A stretch of 64,000 bases of DNA from Verrucomicrobiota bacterium (lineage in GTDB: Bacteria; Verrucomicrobiota; Verrucomicrobiia; Opitutales; Cerasicoccaceae), in contig JBCBUK010000007.1 of assembly GCA_039818205.1 (NCBI GenBank), positions 64,001-128,000 of the forward strand. Reading direction: 5' to 3'. Numbering within the stretch: the first letter of the stretch is position 1; every line of letters begins with the position of its first letter. The position numbers were made by a program, and so were the translations under genes. Of the stretch, positions 34,355 to 44,600 are shown one piece after another. The notes under the pieces were generated by a model. It did not search any database. It had not been told where the DNA came from and saw only the letters and a program-made list of their open reading frames with translations.

Positions 34355-37300
34355 TTATTCTGAAGCGGCTGCTTTGAATTTGATGGCTTTAGTTGCCGCA
34401 GAGCGACAGCACGTGATAAAGATGGCTGGAGTCACTCCGAGCCCAAGTAGAGTGGAGCTAATCAAACCACCAACGATAACGATGGCGATGGGGTTGAGGA
34501 TTTCCTTGCCAGGCTCGTTGACGGCCAGGATCAGTGGCACCAAAGCGAGCCCCGCTGATACCGATGTCATCAGCACCGGCACCAGTCTCTCTTCGGTCCC
34601 GCGTTGAACCATCTGCCTGGTGAAACGTTCGCCCTCATGACGCATGAGATGCAAGTAATGCGAAATCAGCATGATGTTATTGCGGGCAGCGATACCGCTT
34701 ACGGCAATAAAGCCAACCAATGTAGCAATGCTGATGTTATTTAGCGTTAGCGCGGTGTAATAGATTCCGCCGATCAGTGAGAGCGGAACAATAGTGAAGA
34801 CCACGAAAACAAAAGTGAGTGTTTTGAAGTAGCTATAGAGCAGGAACGAAATCACTAGCAGCACAATGATTGAGGTGATCAGGATGGTTCGCTTCGCCTC
34901 AGCTTGTGCCTGGTATTCACCCTCGAAACTGATGCTATAGCCATCGGGCAAACTGACCCCATTGGCGACCTTCGCTTGAAGCTCTTCCACCACCGTATTC
35001 AGGTCGCTGGTGGTTGGGTTGATCGAAACAACGAACCGCCGCAGCGTGTTTTCCCGCAAGATGTTATTAGGACCAGTTGCTTGGCGAATGTCCGCAATGT
35101 AACTGAGCGGGATTTGTTGATCGATTTGAGTGTCCACATACAGATTGGCTAGCTTCTCTGGCGACTCACGCCAAGTTTCTGGCAAACGGATCACCAGATC
35201 GTAGATGCGCTGACCTTCATAGACCTCCACCAATGCTTCACCGCCCATCATGGAGGCCAACTGCCCGTTTAGCTCACCAGGGGTGATGCCATAGGCCATT
35301 GCTCGCAATCGATCAATCTCGATTCGCAACTGAGGTATGGGTGATTGCTGTTCGATCCTGGTTTCTTCCAGGCCTGGAATCGCTCGTGCAATTTCAGCCA
35401 CTTCGGTTCCCAGGCGTCGCAGCTCATGAAGGTCCGGCCCATAAATTTTGATCGCAACTTTGGCAGAGACGCCACTGAGCATATGTCCGATCCGATCGGC
35501 TAACGGTGTGCTAAGGGCGCTAAATGTTCCTGGAATGGTTCGCATCGTTGTGCGTATCTCTTCAATGACTGCGTCCAATGGACGGTCGAACGACTCTTTG
35601 AACTCAATATCAAATTCAACAGTCGAAACGGGCACCACATGATCCCCGCGTTCCGCTCGACCAACACGATAACCAACGGTTTCCACTTCTGGAATCTGCA
35701 AGAGCAAATCTTGCGCGATGTTAGCAACTTGAGTTGTTTGGCTTAGTGACGTACCCGGAGCCATGGTCGTTGCCACAAGAACTGTCGGTTCTCGAAACGC
35801 CGGCAGGAAATTTCCTCCCATTCGGGACATCGCAAAGTAGGCAATGACCCCCAAAAGCATCGTGATGAATAGCACCAACAAGGGCTGAGACAACGACAGT
35901 CGAAGCCACGTGTGACGAAACAACCATTTTACGCTCTTGATGATCGGGTTGTCCCGATGCGCTTTGTTGGGATCAGGCCGCAAAAGGTAAGAGCATAGAA
36001 CAGGAATAATGGTGAGCGACACAACAAAGGACGCTGCCATGCTCACAATCGTTGCTATGGCAATTGGCGTGAACAGCCGCCCCTCGACACCGCTTAACGC
36101 CATGAGCGGAAGGAACACCAAGATGATCAAAACGGTTGCGTATAGAATCGAAGAACGTACTTCTGCGGAAGCGCGCGCGATTACCTCCAAACGCGGCAAC
36201 GGATTCTCCGACGATGCGTTTTCACGTAGGCGCCGGTAAACATTCTCCACGTCCACGATCGCATCATCGACCACCATTCCAATGGCGACCGCCAACCCGC
36301 CCAATGTCATCGAATTAACACTGAGTCCAAACCAGTGAAATACGATCACGGTAATTCCAAGCGAAAGCGGAATCGCGGTTAGGGTAATGAGTGTCACCCG
36401 CAAGTTGAGTAGAAACAGCAATAGGATGACAGCTACCATGATCGCGCCATCGCGTAAGGCTTCCACAAGATTGCCAACGGCCAACTCGATGAAGTCTGCC
36501 TGCCGGTAGACTGTAACAAGCTCAACGCCAGCTGGCAACGTCGTCTGTATCTCGGCGAGGGTCTGCTCAACCTTTTCAGTCAATGTCAGTGTGTCGAAGC
36601 CGGGCGATTTCGTGACGCTGAGAATGACGCCCGGGTAGCCTCGCGTTGGTATGTTGTTGCCTTCGTCAATCGTCTTACTTCCAAGGCCCGCATCACCGCG
36701 CATCGGCTCAACATCCCAAACAACGTCAGCAACATCTTTCAGTCGGATAGGACGATCGTGGGCATGAGTCACCGTCGTGTTTCCAATCGCCTCCAATTCG
36801 GTCGTCATCGCGAGATTGCGAACCATGACTTCCTTGGCCTCACCGGTAAGAAAACCTCCCGTGCTATTGCTAACGGCTTCTTGCGCCGCTTGACGGACCT
36901 CATCGTAGCTGATTCCCAGTGCCAACATCCGCTCAGGATCAGGCTGCACCTGGATTTGCTTCACGCCGCCTCCCATTGCCAGCACTTCCGCGACCCCGGG
37001 GATCGCCTGCAATCGGCGGGCGACTTCCCAATCCGCGAGGGTGCGCAGATCGCGCGGCGACGTTCCCGCTGAGGGGTCGACCAATCCAACCAACATGATG
37101 TTACCCATGAGAGAAGCCACAGGTGTCATGTAAGGACTGGCGCCTTCCGGTAGCGTTTCGGTCGTGCCCGTCAGTCTTTCCTGCACAAACTGGCGAGCCT
37201 GGTAGATGTCCGTACCCCAATCAAACTCGAGAAAAATCAAGGAGAGGCTAACATCATTGATCGAGCGCAGTCGGGTTACGCCGGTTACGCCCATGAGCGC

Positions 37301-37513
37301 GTTCTCCAACGGAATGGTGACCAGCGTTTCAACCTCTTCAGGCGAGAATCCCGGCGCTTCGGTCAGGATCGTCACAGTTGGTTTCGTTAAGTCCGGCAGC
37401 ACCTCCACTGGCAGTTCCCGGATCGTCTTGATTCCGAGCACGATAATCACCAAAGCAAAGGCAATGATGAGTTGGCGTTGGGCCAGCGAATAACGTATCA
37501 ACTTATTCAACAT
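34355..37513 (-). CDS. Heavy-metal efflux RND permease (CusA/CzcA family)
   Basis: LPVEVLPDL, EVETLVTIPLE, AIGMVVDDAIVDVEN, ERLVPVLMT; start ATG 37513. Confidence 0.93.
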   Translation of the reverse strand: MLNKLIRYSLAQRQLIIAFALVIIVLGIKTIRELPVEVLPDLTKPTVTILTEAPGFSPEEVETLVTIPLENALMGVTGVTRLRSINDVSLSLIFLEFDWGTDIYQARQFVQERLTGTTETLPEGASPYMTPVASLMGNIMLVGLVDPSAGTSPRDLRTLADWEVARRLQAIPGVAEVLAMGGGVKQIQVQPDPERMLALGISYDEVRQAAQEAVSNSTGGFLTGEAKEVMVRNLAMTTELEAIGNTTVTHAHDRPIRLKDVADVVWDVEPMRGDAGLGSKTIDEGNNIPTRGYPGVILSVTKSPGFDTLTLTEKVEQTLAEIQTTLPAGVELVTVYRQADFIELAVGNLVEALRDGAIMVAVILLLFLLNLRVTLITLTAIPLSLGITVIVFHWFGLSVNSMTLGGLAVAIGMVVDDAIVDVENVYRRLRENASSENPLPRLEVIARASAEVRSSILYATVLIILVFLPLMALSGVEGRLFTPIAIATIVSMAASFVVSLTIIPVLCSYLLRPDPNKAHRDNPIIKSVKWLFRHTWLRLSLSQPLLVLFITMLLGVIAYFAMSRMGGNFLPAFREPTVLVATTMAPGTSLSQTTQVANIAQDLLLQIPEVETVGYRVGRAERGDHVVPVSTVEFDIEFKESFDRPLDAVIEEIRTTMRTIPGTFSALSTPLADRIGHMLSGVSAKVAIKIYGPDLHELRRLGTEVAEIARAIPGLEETRIEQQSPIPQLRIEIDRLRAMAYGITPGELNGQLASMMGGEALVEVYEGQRIYDLVIRLPETWRESPEKLANLYVDTQIDQQIPLSYIADIRQATGPNNILRENTLRRFVVSINPTTSDLNTVVEELQAKVANGVSLPDGYSISFEGEYQAQAEAKRTILITSIIVLLVISFLLYSYFKTLTFVFVVFTIVPLSLIGGIYYTALTLNNISIATLVGFIAVSGIAARNNIMLISHYLHLMRHEGERFTRQMVQRGTEERLVPVLMTSVSAGLALVPLILAVNEPGKEILNPIAIVIVGGLISSTLLGLGVTPAIFITCCRSAATKAIKFKAAASE

Positions 37514-38648
37514 CTCGACCCTGGCTGGAATTTCGGCGACGCCACAATTGCTGACACGCAATGAGGAGTAACGCAGTGACAACGAGTGCGTAGACCAACA
37601 GGGGAATCTCAAGTTCGCCGGTTTCCCCATGTCCGCCGGCTTCATCATGCTTATGCCTTTCGCGCTCGGCCCGTTGTTCCGACGTTATCTCCGAGCCATC
37701 TTCATTGTGCTCATGCCCGTGAGCGGCATCCAAAGCTTCTTTGAGCGACATGCCACTATTGCCGCCAACAAAACTCAGCGCATACGATCCGTTCGTCACC
37801 ACTTCATCGCCTGGGAAAACGCCGCTGACGATCTCAACGTACTGGTCATTTTGCTCACCGAGTATAACCGGACACCGCACAAACGCATTCAGCAGCTCGA
37901 AATCTTTAACGAAAACAAATCGGTTCGCTGGATCACCTTGTACCGCTTCTCGCGGAACCGCCATAACGCCTTCGCGCAAGCGGGTAATAATCGAGAACTC
38001 AGCGCGCATACCAGGTCGGAGTTTCCCCGTGGAGTTATCTAGCTCGAAGATACCCTCGATAGTCCCAGCATCTCGGTCCGCTTGAACACCGAAACGAGTT
38101 AATTTGGCTTCAAAGACTTCATCCCCAAATGCGGGGATACGAATGCGCGCACGGCTTCCAATGTCGATAAATGCGGCTTCCCTCTCGGGAATTCTCGCAA
38201 CCGCCCAGAGCTTAGAATAATCGGCAATGTCCAACAACTCCTGAGCAGGCTCAACGGGTTGGCCTAAGCGCACATGGGAATCAACGATCAGTCCTTGCTG
38301 AGGAGCTCGTAGCGAGATCGTCGGCGGTGGGTCGCCAAGTTGGCGGCTCTCCACCTTGGCCAAGGCTTGATCTTGTTCGACGACATCGCCAACAAACACA
38401 TTCAGCTCGATAACACGTCCGGCAATGCGAGAAGACAATACGGATCGATTCGCCGGTATCTCTTCAATTCGGCCAATCGCAAAAACCGTCGTTTCGAAAT
38501 CTTGCTCAACGACCTCAGCCAATTCGAGACGCAAGTTCTCGACCCCACTGTCATTGAGGATAACAGTGTTCGATGAACGGTCGGACTGCGCTAGGGTTTG
38601 AGCGCTGATTAACAGGCCAATAGGAATAAAAAGACTACTCAGTCTCAT
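37503..38648 (-). CDS. RND periplasmic adaptor (CzcB/CusB-like) with His-rich tail and extra C-terminal TM
   Basis: SRIAGRVIEL...GDVV, LRPGM, AVPREAV, GDEVVTNG; AAHGHEHNEDG; start could be 38663. Confidence 0.88.
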   Translation of the reverse strand: MRLSSLFIPIGLLISAQTLAQSDRSSNTVILNDSGVENLRLELAEVVEQDFETTVFAIGRIEEIPANRSVLSSRIAGRVIELNVFVGDVVEQDQALAKVESRQLGDPPPTISLRAPQQGLIVDSHVRLGQPVEPAQELLDIADYSKLWAVARIPEREAAFIDIGSRARIRIPAFGDEVFEAKLTRFGVQADRDAGTIEGIFELDNSTGKLRPGMRAEFSIITRLREGVMAVPREAVQGDPANRFVFVKDFELLNAFVRCPVILGEQNDQYVEIVSGVFPGDEVVTNGSYALSFVGGNSGMSLKEALDAAHGHEHNEDGSEITSEQRAERERHKHDEAGGHGETGELEIPLLVYALVVTALLLIACQQLWRRRNSSQGRDVE

Positions 38649-39939
38649 CGATCGTTTCCTCATTTAATCGGTTATTGTAAAGACTAGTCGCGGTTGCGGC
38701 TCGCCATTCGACTAGGGCGAGTTCGTAGTCACGTAAAAGATTCAACTGTGAGCTACGAATGTTTAGGGATTGCTCCTGCACCCGAAAGAGGGTCGTTAAA
38801 TCAACCTGGCCGGCACGGTAGGCGTTGTTGATGTCCTCAACATTTTGCTCCACTAATCGCGTCACATTATTCCGGTAGTCAGACGCTTGCTCGTATAGCC
38901 GCTGAACCCGGCTGTTGTAGAGCTTAACCTGATTTCTTATGCGCAACTGTGCGGCGTCCAACTCGTATCCCAGTTGCCTACGATAGGCCCGGCTGGCTTT
39001 GATTTCGCCGTGGTTCAGATTGTGAATTGGCAGCGGAATCGAAACCCCAACGCCAATTAGCTGGTCGTCTTTTAAACCAATGGGATCATCAAAACTGCGA
39101 TCTTCCTCAAAGAAAATCTCAACGGCGATGTCGGCCCAACGTTCGGCCCGTGCCAGCGAAACGCGTTTGTCCGCAACCGCATAGAGTAGCTGCTTGAGCT
39201 GTATCTGGGGGTGCTGTTCTAAAACACGTTGGCTTGGTTCCAATAGCGTAGGCGCTTGCTCGGGCAGGAATAACTCTGACCGAAACTCTAGCGCACTTCC
39301 CATCGGCAAACCCATCAGAGTATTGAGCGAGGCGAGTAGCTCCGCGCGGGCGATGCCCAACTGACGGACCTCCTGCTCAAGGGCGTAAAGTGCTACCTTG
39401 ATCTGATTAACATCAATCGTCGAGGCTTCGCCAGTCTCCACTCTCGAGGAGAGAAATTGCGCAAAACGCTCGTTGAGTTCAATCTGCTCCTGGCGCGTGC
39501 GAATCTGCTCATCAATGGCAATATTCTGAACAACCAACTTTTCAACTTCCAAGGCAATGCGACGTTGCTGATCGCGAATCTCCGCCTCCGCCAGTTCGAT
39601 CTCAATTGCCGCAATGTTCTTGAGGATGGACAGTCGATTGGTGATCGGAAACTGCTGTTCCAAGCCGATGGCATAGGCATACTGCCCTTCATCCGTCAGA
39701 CCCCGGTCGGTTGCGAATTCCAGATTAAGCACTGGGTTTTCAAGCGAGCCAGCGTCGCCGTAAAATCCTTTCGCTTGGGCTACTGTCGTTTGCGCTGCAG
39801 CTAGCGTAAGATTGTGCGCCAAGGCGAATTCAACTGCCTGTTGACGGGTAAAAACTTGCCCTTGTTGAGTTGTCGCCAACCCCTCAGTCAGGAATATTAA
39901 GTAGAATACCGAAAATATTTGATAATTGAATCTGTGCAT
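38635..39939 (-). CDS. TolC/CzcC-family outer-membrane efflux protein
   Basis: AVEFALAHNLTLAAA, GVGVSIPLPI, AYRAGQVDL; operon context. Confidence 0.88.
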   Translation of the reverse strand: MHRFNYQIFSVFYLIFLTEGLATTQQGQVFTRQQAVEFALAHNLTLAAAQTTVAQAKGFYGDAGSLENPVLNLEFATDRGLTDEGQYAYAIGLEQQFPITNRLSILKNIAAIEIELAEAEIRDQQRRIALEVEKLVVQNIAIDEQIRTRQEQIELNERFAQFLSSRVETGEASTIDVNQIKVALYALEQEVRQLGIARAELLASLNTLMGLPMGSALEFRSELFLPEQAPTLLEPSQRVLEQHPQIQLKQLLYAVADKRVSLARAERWADIAVEIFFEEDRSFDDPIGLKDDQLIGVGVSIPLPIHNLNHGEIKASRAYRRQLGYELDAAQLRIRNQVKLYNSRVQRLYEQASDYRNNVTRLVEQNVEDINNAYRAGQVDLTTLFRVQEQSLNIRSSQLNLLRDYELALVEWRAATATSLYNNRLNEETIDETE

Positions 39940-40033
39940 AGAAAAACCTGATTAGAATGAATGCACCTCGATTTGATCGATGCGCACGAAACAACGACGG
40001 GACCTCCCCATCGGTTTTCACCTAAACAGGCTA

Positions 40034-40489
40034 TCAGAGCCTCAGAACCGTCTTCTGAACGCTTGGCAAATGAGAATATGCTACACCAGGAGGACCGCAT
40101 CCTGGCGGTTTAATCACCCAAGTATCGGAAACTGGCTGGTATGCAATAAATGGATCCGGCTGGAAATGCTCATTAACAAGTAGCTTCGGTAAACTGCTAA
40201 CTGAACCATATCGGGTAAAGTCATCGTCAGAAGCATCCAGCAATAAATCGATGCAATCACCATCGCCATAGGTCGCTAAGGGATGCTCGTGGTCCAAGTC
40301 AACGTCGTCACAATCCGGTTCATTAGAACAAGGATGCTCGTCCCCGCAATGGTCGCCATGCGCTCCACCAACGTGCAACGGGCCATCTTCATGCACACAC
40401 AAGTAAAGAAACCCCGAACTTCCCAAAAGCGCGGTCCAGCCAGCCAGCAAACAAGAAAAGACGACAACGACTGTATTCCAACGAACCAT
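40034..40489 (-). CDS. His/Cys-rich exported protein at the head of the efflux operon (CzcI-like position)
   Basis: LCVHEDGPLH..HGDHCGDEHPC...HEH...CIDL. Confidence 0.7.
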   Translation of the reverse strand: MVRWNTVVVVFSCLLAGWTALLGSSGFLYLCVHEDGPLHVGGAHGDHCGDEHPCSNEPDCDDVDLDHEHPLATYGDGDCIDLLLDASDDDFTRYGSVSSLPKLLVNEHFQPDPFIAYQPVSDTWVIKPPGCGPPGVAYSHLPSVQKTVLRL

Positions 40490-40891
40490 TTTTTCAATTA
40501 CACTACATCAGAGTACAGAGCTGACAAGCATATAGGAATCAGGTCTATCCAACATCATCTCCGATAAAACGGGCAATCTACATCACAGCAGGAATCGAGC
40601 GAAAACACCCTACCCGGCATCGAGTAGTAGAATCCGACACAGAGCTATTCGAAACGAAACAAATAGCATCTTCTCCCTTAAGCTACCGATATAGCTCAGC
40701 CACCGCCCAACCTTGACAAGAAGACTGAGCATAGCGAATCCGTTGTGTAACCCAAACGCGTAACCTGACAGTATGAATTGAGCAATCTCGAGAGGACTTG
40801 GGCAAAAGCTTGAAGGCCAAAAACCTTTTAAACGTGCGGCCTGACGGCTCGTGATGATTCATGCAAAAACCTGATAATCAGGCGTTTCGCG

Positions 40892-40931
40892 TTAGAAAAC
40901 CGCTGCTCTATCCATTGAGCTAATCCCCCAA
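40892..40931. repeat. Second att core: 5' fragment of tRNA-Arg
   Basis: TTAGAAAACCGCTGCTCTATCCATTGAGCTAATCCCCCAA; similarity stops at the anticodon loop. Confidence 0.92.
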
Positions 40932-41037
40932 CAAAATATTCCGAAACAATCAGTTACTTTTCGCGCCAGATTTTGACCATTGCAACCCAATTGTGTATCG
41001 CGACACATTTCGCAACGACCAGACGGTCGAGCAATCT

Positions 41038-41200
41038 AAATCCGCAGTGTTAAAGGCTACCGTGGCCTGCCTCAGCTAGAAATAATGGAATACAACTTAA
41101 ACTGTACGGTGCCAAAACCAAGGAAGTCCCGCGCTCCATAAAGACAAACGGCAGAAAACTAGTGGATCGACGTTTGTAACTCTTTAGAAAATGAATTGCA
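41038..41200 (+). pseudogene. Heavily decayed second copy of the island integrase N-terminus
   Basis: From 41120 reads KEVPRSIKTNGRKLVDRRL*LFRK*I, versus KQIRRSLKTRDRKLAERRLRDFKEQI; upstream VACL versus VAECL. Confidence 0.7.
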
Positions 41201-41612
41201 GACAGGTCTTCCTGTTTGGCAAGTCTTGATTTTTGAGCACGTCGCGACAGCACTTCCAGCCTCGCCAGCAACTAAATAGCCATCTCCGCTGCTGACGAAG
41301 CGAACAGACCGAACCCAATCTCGACCCACAACACCCCGGAGAACACATTCATCGGACCCGGGATTAATAACCCAGTATGCGATTCTGACCCAATACCGGT
41401 GACCTTGCCCCAACAGATCCTATCCAGCTCTACCAGATAAGGGAATTAACCCCAGCCCCTCCAAGGTCCAAACACCATTCAAAATTAAGTATTACAATTT
41501 ATTTTTTTATAAATGCTTTTACTTCCATTAAGATCAATATAATTATTCAAAACTAGTGCCCTATCACGGATCCATCCAACCAAGGCACCAAAACCCTTAG
41601 CAACCCGAAAAA

Positions 41613-44600
41613 ATGATAAAATGTTTTTTTATTGTAACATTTGTTACATCGCTAATAATGACTGCCAACGCATCGGCGAGCCAGGAGCTACCGAGACTCA
41701 ACTGGCCAACGGATTCGTCGGACACCACGAATCCGACCCCGATCACCGATAGCTGGCTCAACGTAAAGACCGACCTTACGGGTCTGGGATACTCGGCGAA
41801 TGCCGCCGGAGACGGAAGCACGGATGATACTGACGCATTGCAGGACGCGTTTAGCGAGTTATTCCAGGATACCAGAAACTCGACAGATGAGGTTCGCGTC
41901 ATCTATCTCCCAGAAGGAGACTACATCATTAAGGACACGATTGAGGTCAACTTCCCGAATGCCGGAAAAGATGCTGGAAATGTTATTGTCGGCACCGGAC
42001 GGGGAACGAAGCTCATTTGGGACGGTGCAGCTGGAGAGCCGATGATTGTCTTTAACGGTCTAAAACGAAGCCGGATCGTTGGAATCGATTTTGTCGCTAA
42101 AACAGCAACCGGCAATGCAGCCGGTGTCGGGATCGACCACCGTCCGGTCAGTCCACAATACCAAACTCACGTAACCCATGAGCACCTCGGCTTCAGCCAT
42201 TTCAGTATCGCTGGAATCCGCGGTGGCTACAACACCCTCAAAAACACTTCCGAAGTTCGGATCGTAAACTGTCTTTTTAAATACTGCCAAAAAGGCATCA
42301 GCCTACTAACCGCAAACTACTATAACTACAGCATCAACAAATGTGAGTTCATTTCCTGCCCAACCGGCATCTACGCCGAGAAGGGCAACATTTACTTGAG
42401 AAACTCCCATTTCGAGAACTCAACCGAACGAGATATTTACATAAGGCCTCAGTCGCACTCGATCCGACGCTGCACCTCAGTCGGTTCAAAAATGTTTATC
42501 GATACCGGCGTAGGGGTTTCAAATAGTTTATCCTTTGTGGTTGAAGACTGCATCATTTCCGGTTGGACCGGTGGCAATGATGATGAGGCCATCCGTGCTG
42601 TCGACCGTGGCCCCATAACTCTGCTCAATACTCAGTTTATCAACGGTCCAGTTAGCGGAAATCCGCCTGTCTTGCTTGCCAGCCCGACCTATACTCAAAC
42701 CTGCTTATTCTCCAACTGCATACCGGCAACCCAGGCGGCATTGATCGATTCGGGTGTCCACGGAAGCGTAACCGAGATTCCGGCGGGCGAGCGGGATGGA
42801 TTGGTCCCAAGCGAAAACTACAGCGGTTTTCAATCAGAAGTCTATCTGCCTGATGCCGTGATCCATGTTGTCGACGATCACGCTGGAGATATTCAGGCCG
42901 CCATCAATGAAGCAATCGCGGCCGATGAGATGTCAGTTGTATACATCCCAGCTGGAATCTACAACATCTCGAGCACGATCAATATTAACGGTGGCAATTT
43001 CTACATGCTCGGAGATGGCTTCTCTACCATCCTCAAATGGACCGGAACCAACGGGCCAACCATCGAGATTGTCGACCCCGAGAACCTCACGATTCAAGGT
43101 ATGTTGCTCCAGGAGAATGCTAACGATTATCAAATCGTTCAGACATCGAACAATGCAGTGCCAAGTTATGCCCGCTATATCGACGTTCACTGTCGCACAC
43201 GGAGTGAATTGCTAAATATGCAACTCAAGGATCTTCCACGTGAGGCAACGGTTCATGTCGAAAACGTTATCGCAAAGTTAGATGTGGATGGAAGTTCTGA
43301 AGCGAAAATTTTTGGCGACTTCAACCACGGAGGCATATTCGTCTCCGGAGCAACTCCGAAAACCGGATTCCTGGGGGTCGATCTTCAAAACGTCGCCTTA
43401 AGCCCTTACGGATCTCTTGCTATTACCTTACCCGATTACGCCGTGTCGGTTGAGGACAACCAAAACCTGACCATCGGAAATCTCTACGTTGAGCAAACGT
43501 TGAAGCACATCGAACTCGTTGGGGACACCGGGTCACTCCCTCCTGGGACAGTCCTAACACCCGGAGAGGTTACCATTTTTGGAACCAAAGCGCACTCCTT
43601 CATCTACAATAGTGTCGATATCAACAACTACAACGGTGAGCTTTTCTACGGAATGGGTAGCTACCTCTGCCACGACAACTACGATGGCGATGGTCAGGTT
43701 TACGACAGCAACTACGAGATTACCCACTCTGGAACTGAGCCCTTTGACATCATTTTTGCTGGAACCAGCTTTCTCTATGAACCTCCAGTGTTTATCGAAA
43801 ATGGATCCGGTATGTCTCAAACCTTGATCGGGAATATCGTTCCTCTTTTCAATACAAACCAAACTGGCAACAACAATATTCCGAATTCAACTGTTGCCGA
43901 CACGGGCTCAGCAAGCGCTGCCACGGCAGGATTCGACCGGATCGCACTCCTCGGTGAGTACGACCTTTATCGTGGTTCCGACATTAGTCGTCTCGCGATC
44001 TGGAATATGCAACAGGCAGTTGGAGGCGAAATCTTTGATGCCAGCGGCAAAGACAACCACGGAACGATCGTCAATGAAACCGCGATTGTAAACGACGACG
44101 AAATGGGACTCGTCGCAGAGTTTGATGGCGTCAACGACTACATCACAACCAGCATCAATCGAACATTTGAAGAGCTGACGTTTGCCGCGTGGGTGAAGGC
44201 ACCTAACGACGAAGCAAATTTCATTCTTAATGATTCAGCCAATGACTTGATTGTTTTCAAAACCCATTCCAACGGCAAAGTGTACCTCCTACTCGGTGGC
44301 CAGAAACACAATGAAAACGGCATCATCAGCCTCACCTCTATTCCCCACAATGAGTGGGCTCACATTGCCGCAACCTGGCATCACGAAGAGGGATTTAGGG
44401 TCTATATCAACGGTGTTCTAGACCGCAGCGGGAATACCAACATCGATGAGATTGCCTTCACGGATATCTTGATCGGAAAGCGTAACAACACGTTCCACTC
44501 GATCTACGAAGGCCGGATGGATGATCTCGGAATCTGGGATCGAGCTTTATCCGGAAGCGAAATCGAAGGCATCTACGAAGCATCCAATCAGTTCGGTTTC

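Larger units (their letters stand above)
31041..40931. mobile_element. ~9.9-kb genomic island integrated at the tRNA-Arg anticodon loop, lying on the 5' side of the tRNA
   Basis: 40-bp direct repeat at 31041-31080 and 40892-40931 with 1 mismatch; adjacent integrase relic; IHF-like site; arm-like repeats. Confidence 0.88.

Noticed and set aside
40892..40931. Second tRNA-Arg gene
   Set aside because: Only the 5' half is present, with no T-arm or 3' acceptor strand; it is an att remnant
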